Part shown: positions 8,502 through 17,017 of the stretch, piece by piece | Position numbering within the stretch: position 1 is the first letter of the stretch | Layout: every line of letters begins with the position of its first letter | DNA from: a virus | Reading direction: 5' to 3' (one strand) | Length of the DNA: 64,000 nucleotides | IMG/VR virus record: IMGVR_UViG_3300005253_000050 | Span: 29,601-93,600 of that record | Translations under genes and position numbers: made by a program | Notes under the pieces: model-generated | The model's input: only the letters and a program-made list of their open reading frames with translations | Databases searched by the model: none | What the model was told of the DNA's origin: nothing

Positions 8502-9341
8502 ATGCCGGCTCCTAGACTCGACCAGGCAACCATCGAGAGAATGCTGCTCGCCTACATCAAGGACCCCAACACGACCTATGTCGCCAAGGCCTGCAACGTC
8601 TCCTGGGAGACCGCGAAGAAGTACATCCAGCACGGTGCCCCCACGCTCGGCATCGGACCCTTCGCCACCGAGGCCCGTCGCATCCTGCGCAACGGCGACA
8701 AGATCGTGCGGCTCACCGAGGTCACCAAGGAGATCCGCTACAAGGTTGAGGAGCGGGACCTCGCCGGGCTCCAGGATATGCTCTTCGAGTTCGAGGCCAC
8801 CATCCACGAGTGCATCGGCCTGGTCAAAGCCCGAGCCACCCGAGAGAAGGAATACTTCGCCAAGTGCGACGATATGCGCGCCAACGAGACGCCCGAGGAC
8901 ATGATCGCCAAGGTGAAAGTGCCTAGGGCGATGAACATGAATGATCTTCGTGGCTTGGCCCAGGCCCTCCACGAGCTCGACGGGATGAAAAGGCAGTTCT
9001 GGGACCGCCTGGAAATCGTCCGGCGCACTACGGTGGAGTCCACGGTGTCGGCCGGCGACGGCCCGGTCGCCGAGGGCATTGCTGTCGCCTCCCCTCCACC
9101 GCTGGACCTCTCCGCCTGGCAACCATATGAAATCGCTGCTTATGTTGACTCCATCGATGAGGGACTTGACCCCGTCTATCCAGCGTGGATGACCGTCGTC
9201 GGCCCCGGAGTCCAGCTGGAACGCGTGCACAACGGCGCAAACGTTATTCCGGACAAGAAGGGTCTGGATAATAGTGGACAAGATCGCTCCGTAATGTTCC
9301 CTCCGGCCGCCGATGATCCAAAATCTGACGAGGGTGATTGA
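8502..9341 (+). CDS. HTH-containing protein, candidate terminase small subunit
   Basis: GAGGTG RBS; N-terminal HTH (TTYVAKACNVSWETAKKY), helical middle, acidic tail. Confidence 0.5.
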   Translation: MPAPRLDQATIERMLLAYIKDPNTTYVAKACNVSWETAKKYIQHGAPTLGIGPFATEARRILRNGDKIVRLTEVTKEIRYKVEERDLAGLQDMLFEFEATIHECIGLVKARATREKEYFAKCDDMRANETPEDMIAKVKVPRAMNMNDLRGLAQALHELDGMKRQFWDRLEIVRRTTVESTVSAGDGPVAEGIAVASPPPLDLSAWQPYEIAAYVDSIDEGLDPVYPAWMTVVGPGVQLERVHNGANVIPDKKGLDNSGQDRSVMFPPAADDPKSDEGD

Positions 9342-9371
9342 TAGAGGTTGATGACATCGTTCATTTATTCC

Positions 9372-9397
9372 TGTTACCAGGGTGTGGGCTGGTAACA
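9372..9397. repeat. Perfect 9-bp inverted repeat, candidate recombinase binding/crossover site
   Basis: TGTTACCAG-GGTGTGGG-CTGGTAACA, upstream of the serine recombinase. Confidence 0.45.
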
Positions 9398-9647
9398 AAA
9401 GACCTCGGCCGGACTCCTGGCGGCACTTTTTCCTTGCATCGCGCTGGCTTCTGTGGCAAAGATAACAGACACACGAGGACGCCGCCATGGGAGCCAAGAG
9501 AATGATGGGTGATTACACGGACTTGTACGCTGCTGGTGTTGCTGGTGGACCCGGGGGAGGGGGGTTAACGTTTCCGACCTTCTTCGTCTGGAAAGCATGC
9601 CTAGCAGGGTGCGGTATAGGTACACAATATATAAAAAGGTCGAGGCC

Positions 9648-10433
9648 TTGAAGGTTGTCGGATACATTAGGGTCTCGACAGAAGACCAAGCCAGAGAGGG
9701 AGTCTCACTCGAAAACCAGATTTCGAGGCTCCGCTCATACTGCAGCCTCCACGGCCATGAGCTCGTCGCCGTCTATGAGGACCGCGGCGCCTCTGGCAAG
9801 GATCTCTCCCGCTTGGGAGCCCAGGCCGCCTTTGCCGCTCTCGAGCGCGGCGACGCCGAGGGGCTGTTGGTCACTCACCTCGACCGCCTCTCCCGCAGCC
9901 TCCGCGACTTCCTTTATTTGGTCGACACCCATTTCGGCCCCGGGTGCAGGTTCTCGCTGCTCTGCATCGACAACCAGCTGGACACGAGCACGCCCACCGG
10001 CCGGATGATCGCCTCGGTGCTGGCGACCGTGGCCCAGTGGCAGCGCGAGGAGGACGTGGAGCGCGTCAGGCGGGCTATGGCTCACAAGAAGGCCAAGGGC
10101 GAGCGCGTGGGTTCCGTGCCCTGGGGGTACCGTCTCGCCGGCGACGGCCGCACCCTCACCCCGCACTCGGAGGAGCTGCGGGTCATGATGACGGCCCTCG
10201 ACATGCGTCGTCGTGGGATGACCCTCCGAGCCATCGCCGACAAGCTCAAGGAGCTCGGCCACCGCAACCGGCGCCGCTCGACCACGTGGAACGCGAAGAC
10301 CATCTCTCGCATCATCAAGGCCGCCGAGGCATACGAGGCATCCCCCGAGAGGCAGTGGGTGGACGAGGACGCCGCGCTGGCCGCGGAGGCCGCCGCCGGC
10401 CTCCGCCCCGACGACAAGGAGCAAAAACCGTGA
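9648..10433 (+). CDS. Serine recombinase (resolvase catalytic domain plus recombinase DNA-binding domain)
   Basis: GYIRVSTEDQ with catalytic Ser, YEDRGASG, LDRLSRS, GSVPWGY. TTG start after GAGG; ATG 9597 is an alternative. Confidence 0.93.
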   Translation: MKVVGYIRVSTEDQAREGVSLENQISRLRSYCSLHGHELVAVYEDRGASGKDLSRLGAQAAFAALERGDAEGLLVTHLDRLSRSLRDFLYLVDTHFGPGCRFSLLCIDNQLDTSTPTGRMIASVLATVAQWQREEDVERVRRAMAHKKAKGERVGSVPWGYRLAGDGRTLTPHSEELRVMMTALDMRRRGMTLRAIADKLKELGHRNRRRSTTWNAKTISRIIKAAEAYEASPERQWVDEDAALAAEAAAGLRPDDKEQKP

Positions 10434-10693
10434 CAGATACCTGCAAGCAACTGAATCACAAGGGCACACGCTGCGTGCTTAGGCATCCCCACGGAGGCCC
10501 GTGCGACTTTCGCCTCGGCGGCTCCCAGGGGCACGCATGGAAAACGGTGCAGCGGTGCGGGTGCTATTACGACGCCGAGAAGTTTCTCCAGGCAGACATG
10601 TTTGCCGGGCTCCCAACAAAAATCCGGGCCATGGCAGACGGCACCTTCAAGGCCCAGGTGGGCAAGCCGCTCGCCACCACGAAGGAGGACTGA
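10430..10693 (+). CDS. Hypothetical protein
   Basis: GTGA overlap after AAGGAG; C/H motif CVLRHPHGGPC. Confidence 0.6.
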   Translation: MTDTCKQLNHKGTRCVLRHPHGGPCDFRLGGSQGHAWKTVQRCGCYYDAEKFLQADMFAGLPTKIRAMADGTFKAQVGKPLATTKED

Positions 10694-10694
10694 G

Positions 10695-10859
10695 ATGGAC
10701 GTTGTCGTGACCGTACCCAAGTCCTTCGGCTTGGCCCACTGGGTGGCCGAGGGCGACGCTGCTGGGGAGCCCGAGAGCGGCGAGCAATTCCCCGGGCACG
10801 ACAAAGAGGCCACAGATCGATCTCAGGTGAGCCCCGGCCGCTGGGGAGAACACCGATGA
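10695..10859 (+). CDS. Short hypothetical protein, possibly truncated
   Basis: AAGGAGG RBS; MDVVVTVPKSFGLAHWVAEGDAAGEP, then ends early. Confidence 0.5.
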   Translation: MDVVVTVPKSFGLAHWVAEGDAAGEPESGEQFPGHDKEATDRSQVSPGRWGEHR

Positions 10860-11182
10860 TGACGTTCGCCGAAATTGACTGGCGCCGGCAGCATCACCAC
10901 GCGACGAGAATCCGAAACCTGAGCGATATCGAGGGCAACGTGGACCTCCAGGCCGACTTCGATTATCCCGGGCCGTACCCAGCCCCTCCCGAGCCACGGA
11001 CTGCGCTCGAGTCCATGGCGCAGGCGTGGATGGTGTTGCGCGCGATCAAGCTCGACATCGAGCCGTGCCCGGCCTGCGGTTCGGCCCGCCACCAGCTCGG
11101 CTACTTCGAGGACGGCCGCTGCACCGCCTGGTGCGACAAATGCGAGGCGTGGACGGCTGCGCCTGCGAAGGAGACCCAATGA
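10856..11182 (+). CDS. Hypothetical protein with zinc ribbon
   Basis: CPACG...WCDKC; ATGA overlaps. Confidence 0.65.
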   Translation: MMTFAEIDWRRQHHHATRIRNLSDIEGNVDLQADFDYPGPYPAPPEPRTALESMAQAWMVLRAIKLDIEPCPACGSARHQLGYFEDGRCTAWCDKCEAWTAAPAKETQ

Positions 11183-11655
11183 AGACCGAACCCAAGCTAT
11201 GCCCTGAGTGCGGGAAGCCCCTGCTGCCCTGCCGAGAGCTGCATCTATTGGACTTCAGGGACTATCAGCTGGTGATGTATCCTGACGGCCTATGCAGGGT
11301 TGCCGCGAGATCCCGGCCGACACCCGCCTGGGGCTGCCGGGATGGATGCTTTACGGAGGCGGTGGACTCGAGCGGGGAAGCAGAGTGGTTCCGGGCCCGC
11401 GTGCGGGCAGTTGCGACCACCGGCAAGGTGCCGTACCCAGAGACCCCTGAAGAAGGGGAGATGAAGACGCGCGAAGAAATAGAGGCTGAACTGGCTGAGA
11501 TCGAGTCGGACGAGCGGCTCGGATACGATCTGGCCACGATCGAGGTCAATGCCCTACTGGCGCTGAAGCAGCTCGTTGCCAAGACCAAGGCCGGGGTGTT
11601 GCGCTGGGTGCTGGGGCTACCGTACCTCCAATACCACGGCCAGGACGAGGAGTAG
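11179..11655 (+). CDS. Hypothetical protein, apparent fusion with an internal start at 11461
   Basis: AAGGAG RBS; second in-frame RBS and ATG (GAAGGGGAG ATG AAG ACG). Confidence 0.6.
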   Translation: MKTEPKLCPECGKPLLPCRELHLLDFRDYQLVMYPDGLCRVAARSRPTPAWGCRDGCFTEAVDSSGEAEWFRARVRAVATTGKVPYPETPEEGEMKTREEIEAELAEIESDERLGYDLATIEVNALLALKQLVAKTKAGVLRWVLGLPYLQYHGQDEE

Positions 11656-11659
11656 AGCG

Positions 11660-11767
11660 ATGCCCCAATATATTCTGCACAAAGACGGCGCCTACAACAT
11701 CTACTCGACGATCGTTGATGCGCCTCTCTTCAAGGAGGCCGCACCCCACTACGAGGAGCCGAAATAA
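11660..11767 (+). CDS. Very short hypothetical protein or gene remnant
   Basis: GAGGAG RBS; MPQYILHKDGAYNIYSTIVDAPLF...; 35 aa. Confidence 0.45.
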   Translation: MPQYILHKDGAYNIYSTIVDAPLFKEAAPHYEEPK

Positions 11768-12006
11768 TGCCCTACGATGAAGATTTAGAGTGTTGCGTCC
11801 CGGCATATTTGCTGTCGTTTCGGTGTGCCTGCGGTAAGCGCTGGGCGATGGAGGTGGAAATCCCTGTCGAAGACTGGCCGCCGGCGAAAAGCGATCCCAC
11901 CCGCCACGGGGCTCGTTGTGCATGCGGTCGGTGGATGGAGTGGAAGGGCGGAAAATTCACCGTGAGTGATGAGCCGACCGATGCATGGGGCAGACCCAAT
12001 GCCTGA
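11767..12006 (+). CDS. Hypothetical zinc-ribbon protein
   Basis: RCACG occurs twice; TAATG overlap. Confidence 0.6.
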   Translation: MPYDEDLECCVPAYLLSFRCACGKRWAMEVEIPVEDWPPAKSDPTRHGARCACGRWMEWKGGKFTVSDEPTDAWGRPNA

Positions 12007-12337
12007 TCCCGACGCGGTGAAACTCCAAACGGCCCTGCAGCTTTTGGCGACTCTTCGGCAGGTGCGGTTTTTCGTTACGCCCGATGCGGAGGGAGTTACG
12101 ATTCCATCCCACCTGAAAGAGGAGGAGCTGGTGATGCTGGACTTCGGTCGTCGGGCTCCGATTCCGATTGAGGATTTGAAGTGCGACCGAGATGGCATCA
12201 GCGGGACGCTGAAATTCGGGCCGGAGTACTTCTGGTGCTCGGTGCCATGGCTGGCTGTGGTTGGCATCCAGAAGTTCGGACCTACGCCTGCGCAGCGGGC
12301 TTGGGTGCCGATGGTGCTGACCGAGGGGAAGAACTGA
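11999..12337 (+). CDS. sspB: SspB-like ClpXP specificity-enhancing factor
   Basis: GVTIPSHL...LVMLDFG...PIPIEDL...DGISGTLKF...WCSVPWLAV fits the SspB pattern (GV-x-VP; L-x-F; VPW-x-AV) of the deltaproteobacterial/myxobacterial type as recalled. Confidence 0.75.
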   Translation: MPDPDAVKLQTALQLLATLRQVRFFVTPDAEGVTIPSHLKEEELVMLDFGRRAPIPIEDLKCDRDGISGTLKFGPEYFWCSVPWLAVVGIQKFGPTPAQRAWVPMVLTEGKN

Positions 12338-12528
12338 TGCGGGTCTGTGATGTTGAAATGATCAAGGGCGTGCGGCGCGTGCGGGAAACTGGGCATCCGT
12401 ACGTCATCGACGTCTACGTGTCGCCCTGGTGGATGTGGTCGAAGAAGCGCCGAACTCGCCTCGAAGAACACCTCGATTTTACGAAGCCGGCACACGTGCA
12501 CCTCAGGCTCAAGACGTGGTGGTGGTAG
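12337..12528 (+). CDS. Hypothetical protein
   Basis: TGATG overlap, GAGGGG RBS. Confidence 0.55.
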   Translation: MRVCDVEMIKGVRRVRETGHPYVIDVYVSPWWMWSKKRRTRLEEHLDFTKPAHVHLRLKTWWW

Positions 12529-12530
12529 CG

Positions 12531-12824
12531 ATGAGCAGCCCCCCAGTGACACGAATGTTCCGGAGATCCGCGCTGGACGACATGATGATGGCCGCGGAGA
12601 AGATGGCCATGGCCGCCACGAAGTGGGGCGCCATCGACGAATTTTCTCTGGTGGGAAAATGTGTCGATCTCGCCGAGGTTATCCGAAAGGCCACCGCGGC
12701 CCCCGCCGCAATATTCCACGACATCCCGATTCTGAAAAGCGAGGACGTTCCGGAGTGCCCAGGCTGCGGGAAGCAGGTGCGGCGGACGTTCGACACGGCG
12801 AAAGTCGGGGAGGACCTAGACTAA
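12531..12824 (+). CDS. Hypothetical protein
   Basis: Fits the gene chain; CPGC motif. Confidence 0.55.
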   Translation: MSSPPVTRMFRRSALDDMMMAAEKMAMAATKWGAIDEFSLVGKCVDLAEVIRKATAAPAAIFHDIPILKSEDVPECPGCGKQVRRTFDTAKVGEDLD

Positions 12825-12859
12825 GAACGTCGTGATCCTGTTGGGTTGTGGATAAGGTG

Positions 12860-12935
12860 TTGCATAGTATGTACAATGCTGTATAAAACAAACATGGACG
12901 CAACGACAAACACAAACACGACGGAGCACGGCATG
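12860..12935 (+). promoter_or_regulatory. Repeated early-type promoter and leader, copy 1
   Basis: TTGCAT-N16-TATAAA followed by CATGGACGCAACGACAAA...ACGGAGC; related copies at 25314-25409 and 26684-26779. Confidence 0.7.
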
Positions 12936-13118
12936 AATACCATCAAAGCACGCGGATACATCCTCACCAGCGAAGACATTTTTGCCCGTCTGTACGAGCC
13001 CTACACCGACCATGTCCAAGCGTACTACAATTACATCAACGCATGTCCCGAGTGTGGCCAGCCTGCCAGTAATCACTCTGGCGACAAAAGCCATTGCGCC
13101 TGCGGGATGTCCTGGTAG
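12894..13118 (+). CDS. Hypothetical zinc-ribbon protein (leaderless start 12894 or RBS-led start 12933)
   Basis: MDATT leader is in frame with MNTIK; CPEC...HCACG. Confidence 0.65.
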   Translation: MDATTNTNTTEHGMNTIKARGYILTSEDIFARLYEPYTDHVQAYYNYINACPECGQPASNHSGDKSHCACGMSW

Positions 13119-13121
13119 ACC

Positions 13122-13481
13122 ATGCGGGCCGCCCTGAGATTGGAAGACATTAATACCAAAGATGCCAAGATGGTCAATGCTATGTGTCGCCAGATGGGAG
13201 AGCGGCCCGCGTGTCCGTCCCGTGCATGGGTGGCGCGGGTACGCATTAACGCCAACGGCTACGTTGATCGTGACTTCCTGCGCGCCGATGCAGTGGACTA
13301 CTCCGATGCCAATGGCGCTGGGTCTCGCGGTATCTTCAAGTGCTACTGGTTAGATGAGCGAGCCTACTACGAGGTGTCAGCGCCGCAGTCGTGGCGAGGT
13401 ACTGATCGGTACTTTTGCGAGACCATCAACGGCGAAATCATTCGCATGACCAAGGAAGAGGTGCAGGATGCCCAGTTATAA
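13122..13481 (+). CDS. Hypothetical protein of the family found upstream of ibrAB
   Basis: SRAWVA...VDYSDANGAGSRG...YYEVS...SW...DRYF; paralog at 13696. Confidence 0.75.
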   Translation: MRAALRLEDINTKDAKMVNAMCRQMGERPACPSRAWVARVRINANGYVDRDFLRADAVDYSDANGAGSRGIFKCYWLDERAYYEVSAPQSWRGTDRYFCETINGEIIRMTKEEVQDAQL

Positions 13482-13695
13482 CGAAATGAATGTAGCTGAA
13501 TTGTTCCCCAAAACCGTCTATCGCGCGATTGCCTCCTGTTCTTGTCTAGGAGAAAGAATCACACATGCAGACGCGAAGAGAGCGGCGAACAATGCAATTA
13601 TGGATGGCGGCCTTGAGTTCCCTCCAAGGGACCTGCTGCTGGCAATCACCAACCATGTACTCCAAGAGGTCTACATTGGCGCAATGGTTTCTTAG
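13468..13695 (+). CDS. Hypothetical protein
   Basis: GAGGTG RBS; fills the gap between the two paralogs. Confidence 0.55.
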   Translation: MPSYNEMNVAELFPKTVYRAIASCSCLGERITHADAKRAANNAIMDGGLEFPPRDLLLAITNHVLQEVYIGAMVS

Positions 13696-14034
13696 ATGAG
13701 GTATGCCCTGAAGTTGACAGACTTCGCAGGCTATCCACCCGCCACCAATACCGGGTATGCCATACGAAGGACATTGCGAAGGCTAACCGGATCTCCTCTA
13801 TTGCACAGCCGGTCCAGGGCTTGGGTGGCCGACGTCACTGGTGGCACATGGGCATTTGTTAGGCCGGCAGTTGATTATTCGACGATCAACGTTGATGCCG
13901 GGCAAAACGCAGACAAAAACTACTGGCTAATTGATGGCCATGAATACGAGGTGTCAGAACCTACATCATGGAGTGGCGTCGATCGTTATCGGTGCAGGAT
14001 AGAAGACGGAAGGATGGTGAAGATAGATGCCTAA
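13696..14034 (+). CDS. Paralog of the 13122 gene
   Basis: SRAWVA...VDYS...YWL...YEVS...SWSGVDRY. Confidence 0.75.
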   Translation: MRYALKLTDFAGYPPATNTGYAIRRTLRRLTGSPLLHSRSRAWVADVTGGTWAFVRPAVDYSTINVDAGQNADKNYWLIDGHEYEVSEPTSWSGVDRYRCRIEDGRMVKIDA

Positions 14035-15232
14035 GTTAGGATTGGGAATAGACGTCCTAACGGCAGCTCGCGAGCGCACCGCCTGGACGTTCGATACCTT
14101 CCAACGAGTATGCGTGAGCTTCAGCGGCGGCAAGGACTCCTCTGTCATGCTGCACCTTGCGATGGATGAGGCGATCAGGCGAGGGCGTCGGGTGGGCGTG
14201 CTGTTCATCGACCTGGAAGGACAGTACCAACTCACCATCGAGCACATCCAGGAGTGCATGGGCCTTTACGCAGACCACATTGACCCCTACTGGATAGCGC
14301 TCCCGTTGTCCCTCAGAAACGCGGTAAGTGTCTATGAGCCCAAGTGGCAATGCTGGGATCCGGATCGCCGTATCGACTGGATTAGGGAGCCTCCCGCCAA
14401 TGCCGTGACGGATGCTGATAGGTGGCCCTGGTTTGAGCGTGAAATGGAGTTCGAGGAGTTCGTCCCGCTGTTCAACAAGGAGTACTCCCAGGACCAGCTT
14501 ACGGCGTGCCTGGTGGGCATCAGGACGGACGAAAGCCTGAACCGATACAGGACCATCGCCAGCACCAAAAAGCAGAAGTTCGAGGGGCGACAGTGGACCA
14601 CCTACACAGGGGGCACCACCTACAACGTCTACCCGATTTACGACTGGCGAACAGAAGACATCTGGACGTACAACAGCAAGTTCGGCAAGTGCTACAATCG
14701 GCTGTACGACCGGATGCATCAGGCGGGGCTTGGTATTCACCAACAACGTATCTGCCAACCGTACGGGGATGACCAGCGCAAGGGGCTCTGGTTGTTCCAT
14801 ATCATCGAGCCCAAGACGTGGTCGCGTATTGTAGCCAGGGTCAACGGCGCCAACGGCGGTGCCTTATACTCCAAGGACAGCGGCAACATCCAGGGCATGC
14901 GAAAAATTACCTTGCCGCCCGGGCACACGTGGGAATCGTTCGCGAAGATGCTTCTGGCGTCCATGCCCGACAAGACCCGCGACCACTTTGAGGACAAGAT
15001 TGCCGTGTTTCTCCGGTGGTGGCAGTCCCGTGGATACGAGGCAATCCCAGACGAAGCGGACCGTAAACTGGAGTCAAAAAAAGAGGTGCCATCGTGGCGA
15101 AGGATTTGCAAGGCTCTTTTGAGAAACGACTACTGGTGCAAGGGGCTGAGCTTTGGGCAGACGAAGGCCCCGGCATACGAGAACTACAAGCGCATCATGA
15201 AAAAGAGGCGGGCAGCATGGGGGCTGATATGA
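14027..15232 (+). CDS. ibrA: IbrA/YbdN-like PAPS-reductase-family (PP-loop, DUF3440) protein
   Basis: VSFSGGKDS PP-loop, GIRTDES, YPIYDWRTEDIW, RICQPYGDDQR, WRRICKALLRNDYWCKGLSF. Confidence 0.92.
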   Translation: MPKLGLGIDVLTAARERTAWTFDTFQRVCVSFSGGKDSSVMLHLAMDEAIRRGRRVGVLFIDLEGQYQLTIEHIQECMGLYADHIDPYWIALPLSLRNAVSVYEPKWQCWDPDRRIDWIREPPANAVTDADRWPWFEREMEFEEFVPLFNKEYSQDQLTACLVGIRTDESLNRYRTIASTKKQKFEGRQWTTYTGGTTYNVYPIYDWRTEDIWTYNSKFGKCYNRLYDRMHQAGLGIHQQRICQPYGDDQRKGLWLFHIIEPKTWSRIVARVNGANGGALYSKDSGNIQGMRKITLPPGHTWESFAKMLLASMPDKTRDHFEDKIAVFLRWWQSRGYEAIPDEADRKLESKKEVPSWRRICKALLRNDYWCKGLSFGQTKAPAYENYKRIMKKRRAAWGLI

Positions 15233-15732
15233 GTTGGATGGATGATCACCCTGTATCTCGAGTGCGCTGGGTGCGGGTGGAGTTGATTTCAGCCAACAAC
15301 TACAACCCCAACGCAGTAGCGCCCCCAGAGATGATCTTGCTGCAACACAGTATCGAGTGCGACGGCTACACTCAGCCCATCGTGGTCTGTGAGACAGAGG
15401 ATGGATTCGAGGTGGTGGACGGTTTCCATCGCTACCTTGTTGGAATCAAGCTAGGACTGTCGCATCTGCCCGTGGTGGTAATCAACGGCGGGCGGGCTAG
15501 CAGGGAAGATCGGATCGCCTCGACCATCCGCCATAACCGCGCCCGCGGAAAGCACCAGGTGGGAGCTATGTCGGACATCGTTCAAGAGCTCACCAAGCGC
15601 AACTGGAGCGAGAAGAAAATAGGCAAAGAGTTGGGGATGGAACCAGACGAAGTACTGCGACTGAAGCAAATCAGCGGACTGGCTGAACTGTTCGCGGATC
15701 GAGATTTCAGCGAGGCATGGGAAGCGGAATAG
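15229..15732 (+). CDS. ibrB: IbrB/YbdM-like ParB/Srx-family protein
   Basis: NNYNPNAVAPPEM, DGYTQPIV, VVDGFHR, ASTIRHNRARGKH, C-terminal HTH; ATGA overlap with ibrA. Confidence 0.92.
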   Translation: MSWMDDHPVSRVRWVRVELISANNYNPNAVAPPEMILLQHSIECDGYTQPIVVCETEDGFEVVDGFHRYLVGIKLGLSHLPVVVINGGRASREDRIASTIRHNRARGKHQVGAMSDIVQELTKRNWSEKKIGKELGMEPDEVLRLKQISGLAELFADRDFSEAWEAE

Positions 15733-15758
15733 TTGACCAGAACACAGGAGGCAGGACG

Positions 15759-15935
15759 ATGAAACCAGGCGACACGGTGACGATCTATGAGGACCCAATG
15801 ACACAACGAGTTCCCGAGGGTGAGGCCAAGCTGATCAAAAAAATCAGCACCTCCATGGGTGGCGAGCGCTGGATCGTACGCTTCGACGACGGCGACTACG
15901 AGCGGTTCATTTTCCTACAGGAGGCAGGACAGTGA
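15759..15935 (+). CDS. Small hypothetical protein
   Basis: Starts and ends in copies of the CAGGAGGCAGGAC(GAT/AGT)G element. Confidence 0.7.
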   Translation: MKPGDTVTIYEDPMTQRVPEGEAKLIKKISTSMGGERWIVRFDDGDYERFIFLQEAGQ

Positions 15936-16135
15936 AGGCACTGATGGACAAACTTGACGCGTTGATCGCGAAGCCACGTCCCGCGCCCTGTCCGTGTTTT
16001 TCGTGCGACGGCCGGCGGGCCAAGTTCCCGCGCGACAACCCAAGGTTCTGCACCCAACGGTGCGCGGTAGATTGGGCGCTGGGCATGACGGAATCGTATT
16101 ACTACGATCACTCGGTTCCCGAATGGACCGAGTAA
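15932..16135 (+). CDS. Small Cys4 protein
   Basis: CFSC...FCTQRC; GTG start inside the repeated RBS element. Confidence 0.65.
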   Translation: MKALMDKLDALIAKPRPAPCPCFSCDGRRAKFPRDNPRFCTQRCAVDWALGMTESYYYDHSVPEWTE

Positions 16136-16144
16136 GGAGCTCCC

Positions 16145-16303
16145 ATGCCGAAGACGGCGATCACGGTCCGCATGGACGACGAAATTCTGGCGGACCTGAG
16201 GAAATGGATGGCTGCACAGCCCGCCCAGCCCTCGCTGACCAGCGCGATTGAGGCGGCGGTGGACGAGCTGCTGGCGGCTCACCCGGTGGACGATGATGGC
16301 TGA
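16145..16303 (+). CDS. Ribbon-helix-helix (CopG/Arc-like) DNA-binding protein, 52 aa, absent from the ORF track
   Basis: AAGGAG RBS; MPKTAITVRMDDEILADLRKW...SLTSAIEAAVDELL. Confidence 0.7.
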   Translation: MPKTAITVRMDDEILADLRKWMAAQPAQPSLTSAIEAAVDELLAAHPVDDDG

Positions 16304-16345
16304 CAACGACGCAATCACCAGTGGTACCCAGAGGAGACGAGTGCG

Positions 16346-16561
16346 ATGAATTGGACCGACAACGAAAGAGAAGACCTCGAGACGGCGACGATCCTCATTA
16401 GCGAATTCGCCCAGGAAATTCTGGCTGATCTCACACTCGGCGTGATAGTGGCCGGCTGCGGAGCGTTCTACCTCCCGGCCGTTGTCCTGGGCCACGTCCG
16501 TCGAGGCCTGCGGGACTTCCGCTCGGAGCTCAAAAAATGGAAGGAGCCGACTGATGGGTAG
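16346..16561 (+). CDS. Small hypothetical membrane protein
   Basis: GAGGAG RBS; one hydrophobic stretch. Confidence 0.55.
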   Translation: MNWTDNEREDLETATILISEFAQEILADLTLGVIVAGCGAFYLPAVVLGHVRRGLRDFRSELKKWKEPTDG

Positions 16562-17003
16562 AGAAATCAGGATGGTGCCCAGGGGATGGGAGCATCCCAA
16601 GAATCGCGCCGGCGGCTACAGGTCACTTTTCAACAGCACCTACAAGGCCGCAGCCCAGGAGTGGTGGGATTGCGCGGAAGCGTACCACGCCAGGGATCTG
16701 GAAAGATTGCGCGAATTGGACGTCTATATGGGCGCTGATCCGGAGGAAGCGTTCGCCGAGCATCCATGGTACTGGGAATGGACCGACCGGCCGCCCAACC
16801 CCGAACATTACCGCCCCGAGTTTGACTCACCGGCTGATCATTTCCAGGTGTATGAGAACACCACCGAGGGCACACCCATCAGCCCTGTACTCGAAACCAA
16901 GGGTGACGTCGGTCAGTGGCTGATGGGTAACTGGGGATATTCCGAGGAAGAAGCCTTTGCGATCTGTGAAACTGGGTGGACGGCGAAGGGCCGCCGACTC
17001 TAA
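16554..17003 (+). CDS. Conserved phage hypothetical protein
   Basis: MGREIRMVPRGWEHP...HFQVYENTTEGTPISP. Confidence 0.75.
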   Translation: MGREIRMVPRGWEHPKNRAGGYRSLFNSTYKAAAQEWWDCAEAYHARDLERLRELDVYMGADPEEAFAEHPWYWEWTDRPPNPEHYRPEFDSPADHFQVYENTTEGTPISPVLETKGDVGQWLMGNWGYSEEEAFAICETGWTAKGRRL

Positions 17004-17017
17004 AAAAGGAGGAACCC

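Noticed and set aside
12847-12855. Replication origin based on a DnaA box
   Set aside because: Only a single 9-mer, with no box cluster or replication gene nearby; kept only as a possible promoter element.
14027-15732. Complete Dnd/Ssp phosphorothioation system
   Set aside because: No cysteine desulfurase, DndD/SspC ATPase or DndE in the window; the sequence fits IbrA/IbrB. The sspB call at 11999 is the ClpXP adaptor, not the Ssp nickase.
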